Origin: Elusimicrobiota bacterium
GTDB taxonomy: Bacteria; Elusimicrobiota; Elusimicrobia; Elusimicrobiales; UBA9959
NCBI GenBank assembly: GCA_012517285.1
Contig: JAAYVG010000026.1
Location: forward strand, 13,408 to 77,407
Direction of reading: 5' to 3'
Length of the DNA: 64,000 nt
Shown here: positions 63,081-64,000 of the stretch, one piece after another
Position numbering within the stretch: position 1 is the stretch's first letter
Layout of the letters: each line of letters begins with the position of its first letter
Translations under genes and position numbers: made by a program
The notes under the pieces: generated by a model
The model's input: the letters and a program-made list of their open reading frames with translations, nothing else
What the model was told of the DNA's origin: nothing
The model's database searches: none

Positions 63081-64000
63081 ATGGAAATAGAAAACATAAG
63101 AGACAGGATAAAAAAGAATAAAGGAGGTTATTTTTTTCTTTTTATATTAAGCCTCATTTATAAATTTTTGTTTAAATTTAAAAAAAATTTGTATAAAAAA
63201 AATATAATTAAATCAATAAAATTTTCAAAACCTGTTGTGTGTGTCGGTAATATATCAACAGGTGGAACAGGCAAGACTACATTTGTTCTTTCTCTTTCAA
63301 GAAAGTTATCAAATACTAAAATTAAGCACTGTATAGTTTTAAGAGGATATAAAAGCAAACTTTCTAAAAATGAGGTGGCTGATATAAACGAAAATAATTT
63401 TGAGAATCAGATAAAAAATCCATATCTATCAGATGAACACAAGCTTATTGCTATTTCTGTCAAAGGAAATTCTGTTCCTGTAATAGCATCAAAGAACAGG
63501 GCAAAATCAATAGAGTTTGCTATAAACAACTATCATCCAGATCTGATTGTTATGGATGATGGTTTCCAGAATTTTTCAATAACTAAAGATCTTAATATTC
63601 TTATATTCAATATCAATAAAATTAATGATAAACTCCTGCCGCTCGGTAATTTGAGGGAAGGTTATGATGCCATAAAAGGATCAGATTTTGTTGTATTAAA
63701 CCACTGTGAACTTTTTGATGATTCTTATATAGATGAGAGGATAAATTTTTTTAAAAAATATATAAACAGTGATAGAATTATTAAGTCATATTACGAACCT
63801 TCAGCTCTGATAGATTTAATAGAAAACAAAAGAATCCCAATAAATTCATTCAATCATAAGGATATAGCAATATTTTCTGCCATAGGCGATAACTCCCAGT
63901 TTAAAAAGTTGATTGAAAAGATGGGTTTTAATGTTTTAAAATCTTGGCAGTTTTCTGATCACCACTCATATACACGAGAGGAGCTCGTATCAATAAATAA
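63081..64000 (+). CDS. lpxK: Tetraacyldisaccharide 4'-kinase, C-terminus cut by window edge
   Basis: The frame is open from ATG 63081 to the window end, so it is not in the track. P-loop VGNISTGGTGKT, VMDDGFQN, LPLGNLRE and FSDHH. Confidence 0.85.
   Translation, partial: MEIENIRDRIKKNKGGYFFLFILSLIYKFLFKFKKNLYKKNIIKSIKFSKPVVCVGNISTGGTGKTTFVLSLSRKLSNTKIKHCIVLRGYKSKLSKNEVADINENNFENQIKNPYLSDEHKLIAISVKGNSVPVIASKNRAKSIEFAINNYHPDLIVMDDGFQNFSITKDLNILIFNINKINDKLLPLGNLREGYDAIKGSDFVVLNHCELFDDSYIDERINFFKKYINSDRIIKSYYEPSALIDLIENKRIPINSFNHKDIAIFSAIGDNSQFKKLIEKMGFNVLKSWQFSDHHSYTREELVSIN

Noticed and set aside
1-64000. I scanned for tRNA, rRNA, tmRNA, CRISPR arrays, cas genes, integrases/transposases, phage structural genes, toxin-antitoxin pairs, restriction-modification genes, reverse transcriptases and other defence-type genes.
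   Set aside because: I recognised none by eye in any frame or in the intergenic DNA. A profile-HMM or Infernal scan would be needed to exclude divergent members.

Overview
This is an AT-rich chromosomal segment (roughly one-third G+C by eye) from a diderm bacterium that I cannot place taxonomically. I call about 59 tightly packed protein genes. I recognised no rRNA, tRNA, CRISPR/cas, transposase, phage or defence genes. All protein calls rest on motifs read by eye from the ORF track, since I could run no HMM or BLAST.

Gene content is mostly cell envelope and housekeeping:
- Envelope entry and transport: an O-antigen-ligase fragment, an AmpG-like permease, and an EamA transporter with a His-rich tail.
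- An AspT/YidE-type plus AEC-type transporter pair.
- An ECF sigma / anti-sigma locus.
- A TPR-SpoIID protein, a GT2 glycosyltransferase, a sugar epimerase and tdk.
- pal-cpoB-tolB.
- A 1028-aa TPR protein followed by ExbB-ExbD-ExbD-TonB-like genes.
- A PorV-like barrel next to a protein with a T9SS-type C-terminal sorting domain.
- A pseudopilin operon that includes an 838-aa modular pilin.
- A C39-like/NlpC-P60 peptidase, an orphan family-5 substrate-binding protein, gapN, nth, uvrA and nadB.
- A long LPS/Kdo block: lptA-like, lptB, lptC-like, heptose kinase, kdsB, pyrG, kdsA, kdsD, a GT9 heptosyltransferase, a deacetylase and lpxK.

I did not find a convincing new multi-gene system such as a defence island. 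The unexplained signal is mainly non-coding:
1. About a dozen intergenic regions are built from a small vocabulary of modules: degenerate heptamer arrays, TCATCNNGATGA mini-palindromes and a 33-nt GC-rich palindrome. Two ~115-bp composite copies are near-identical and lie in opposite orientation.
2. 110-bp inverted repeats (107/110 identical) bracket the two-transporter operon, and a truncated third copy lies just beyond.
3. A perfect 23-bp inverted repeat pair sits between the divergent T9SS-cargo and pilin operons.
4. Operon-first genes repeatedly show a -10 hexamer 6-8 nt before the ATG, suggesting leaderless mRNAs, whereas many other genes, including several that follow an intergenic gap, carry strong AGGAGG sites.

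Several unusual protein architectures are also noted.
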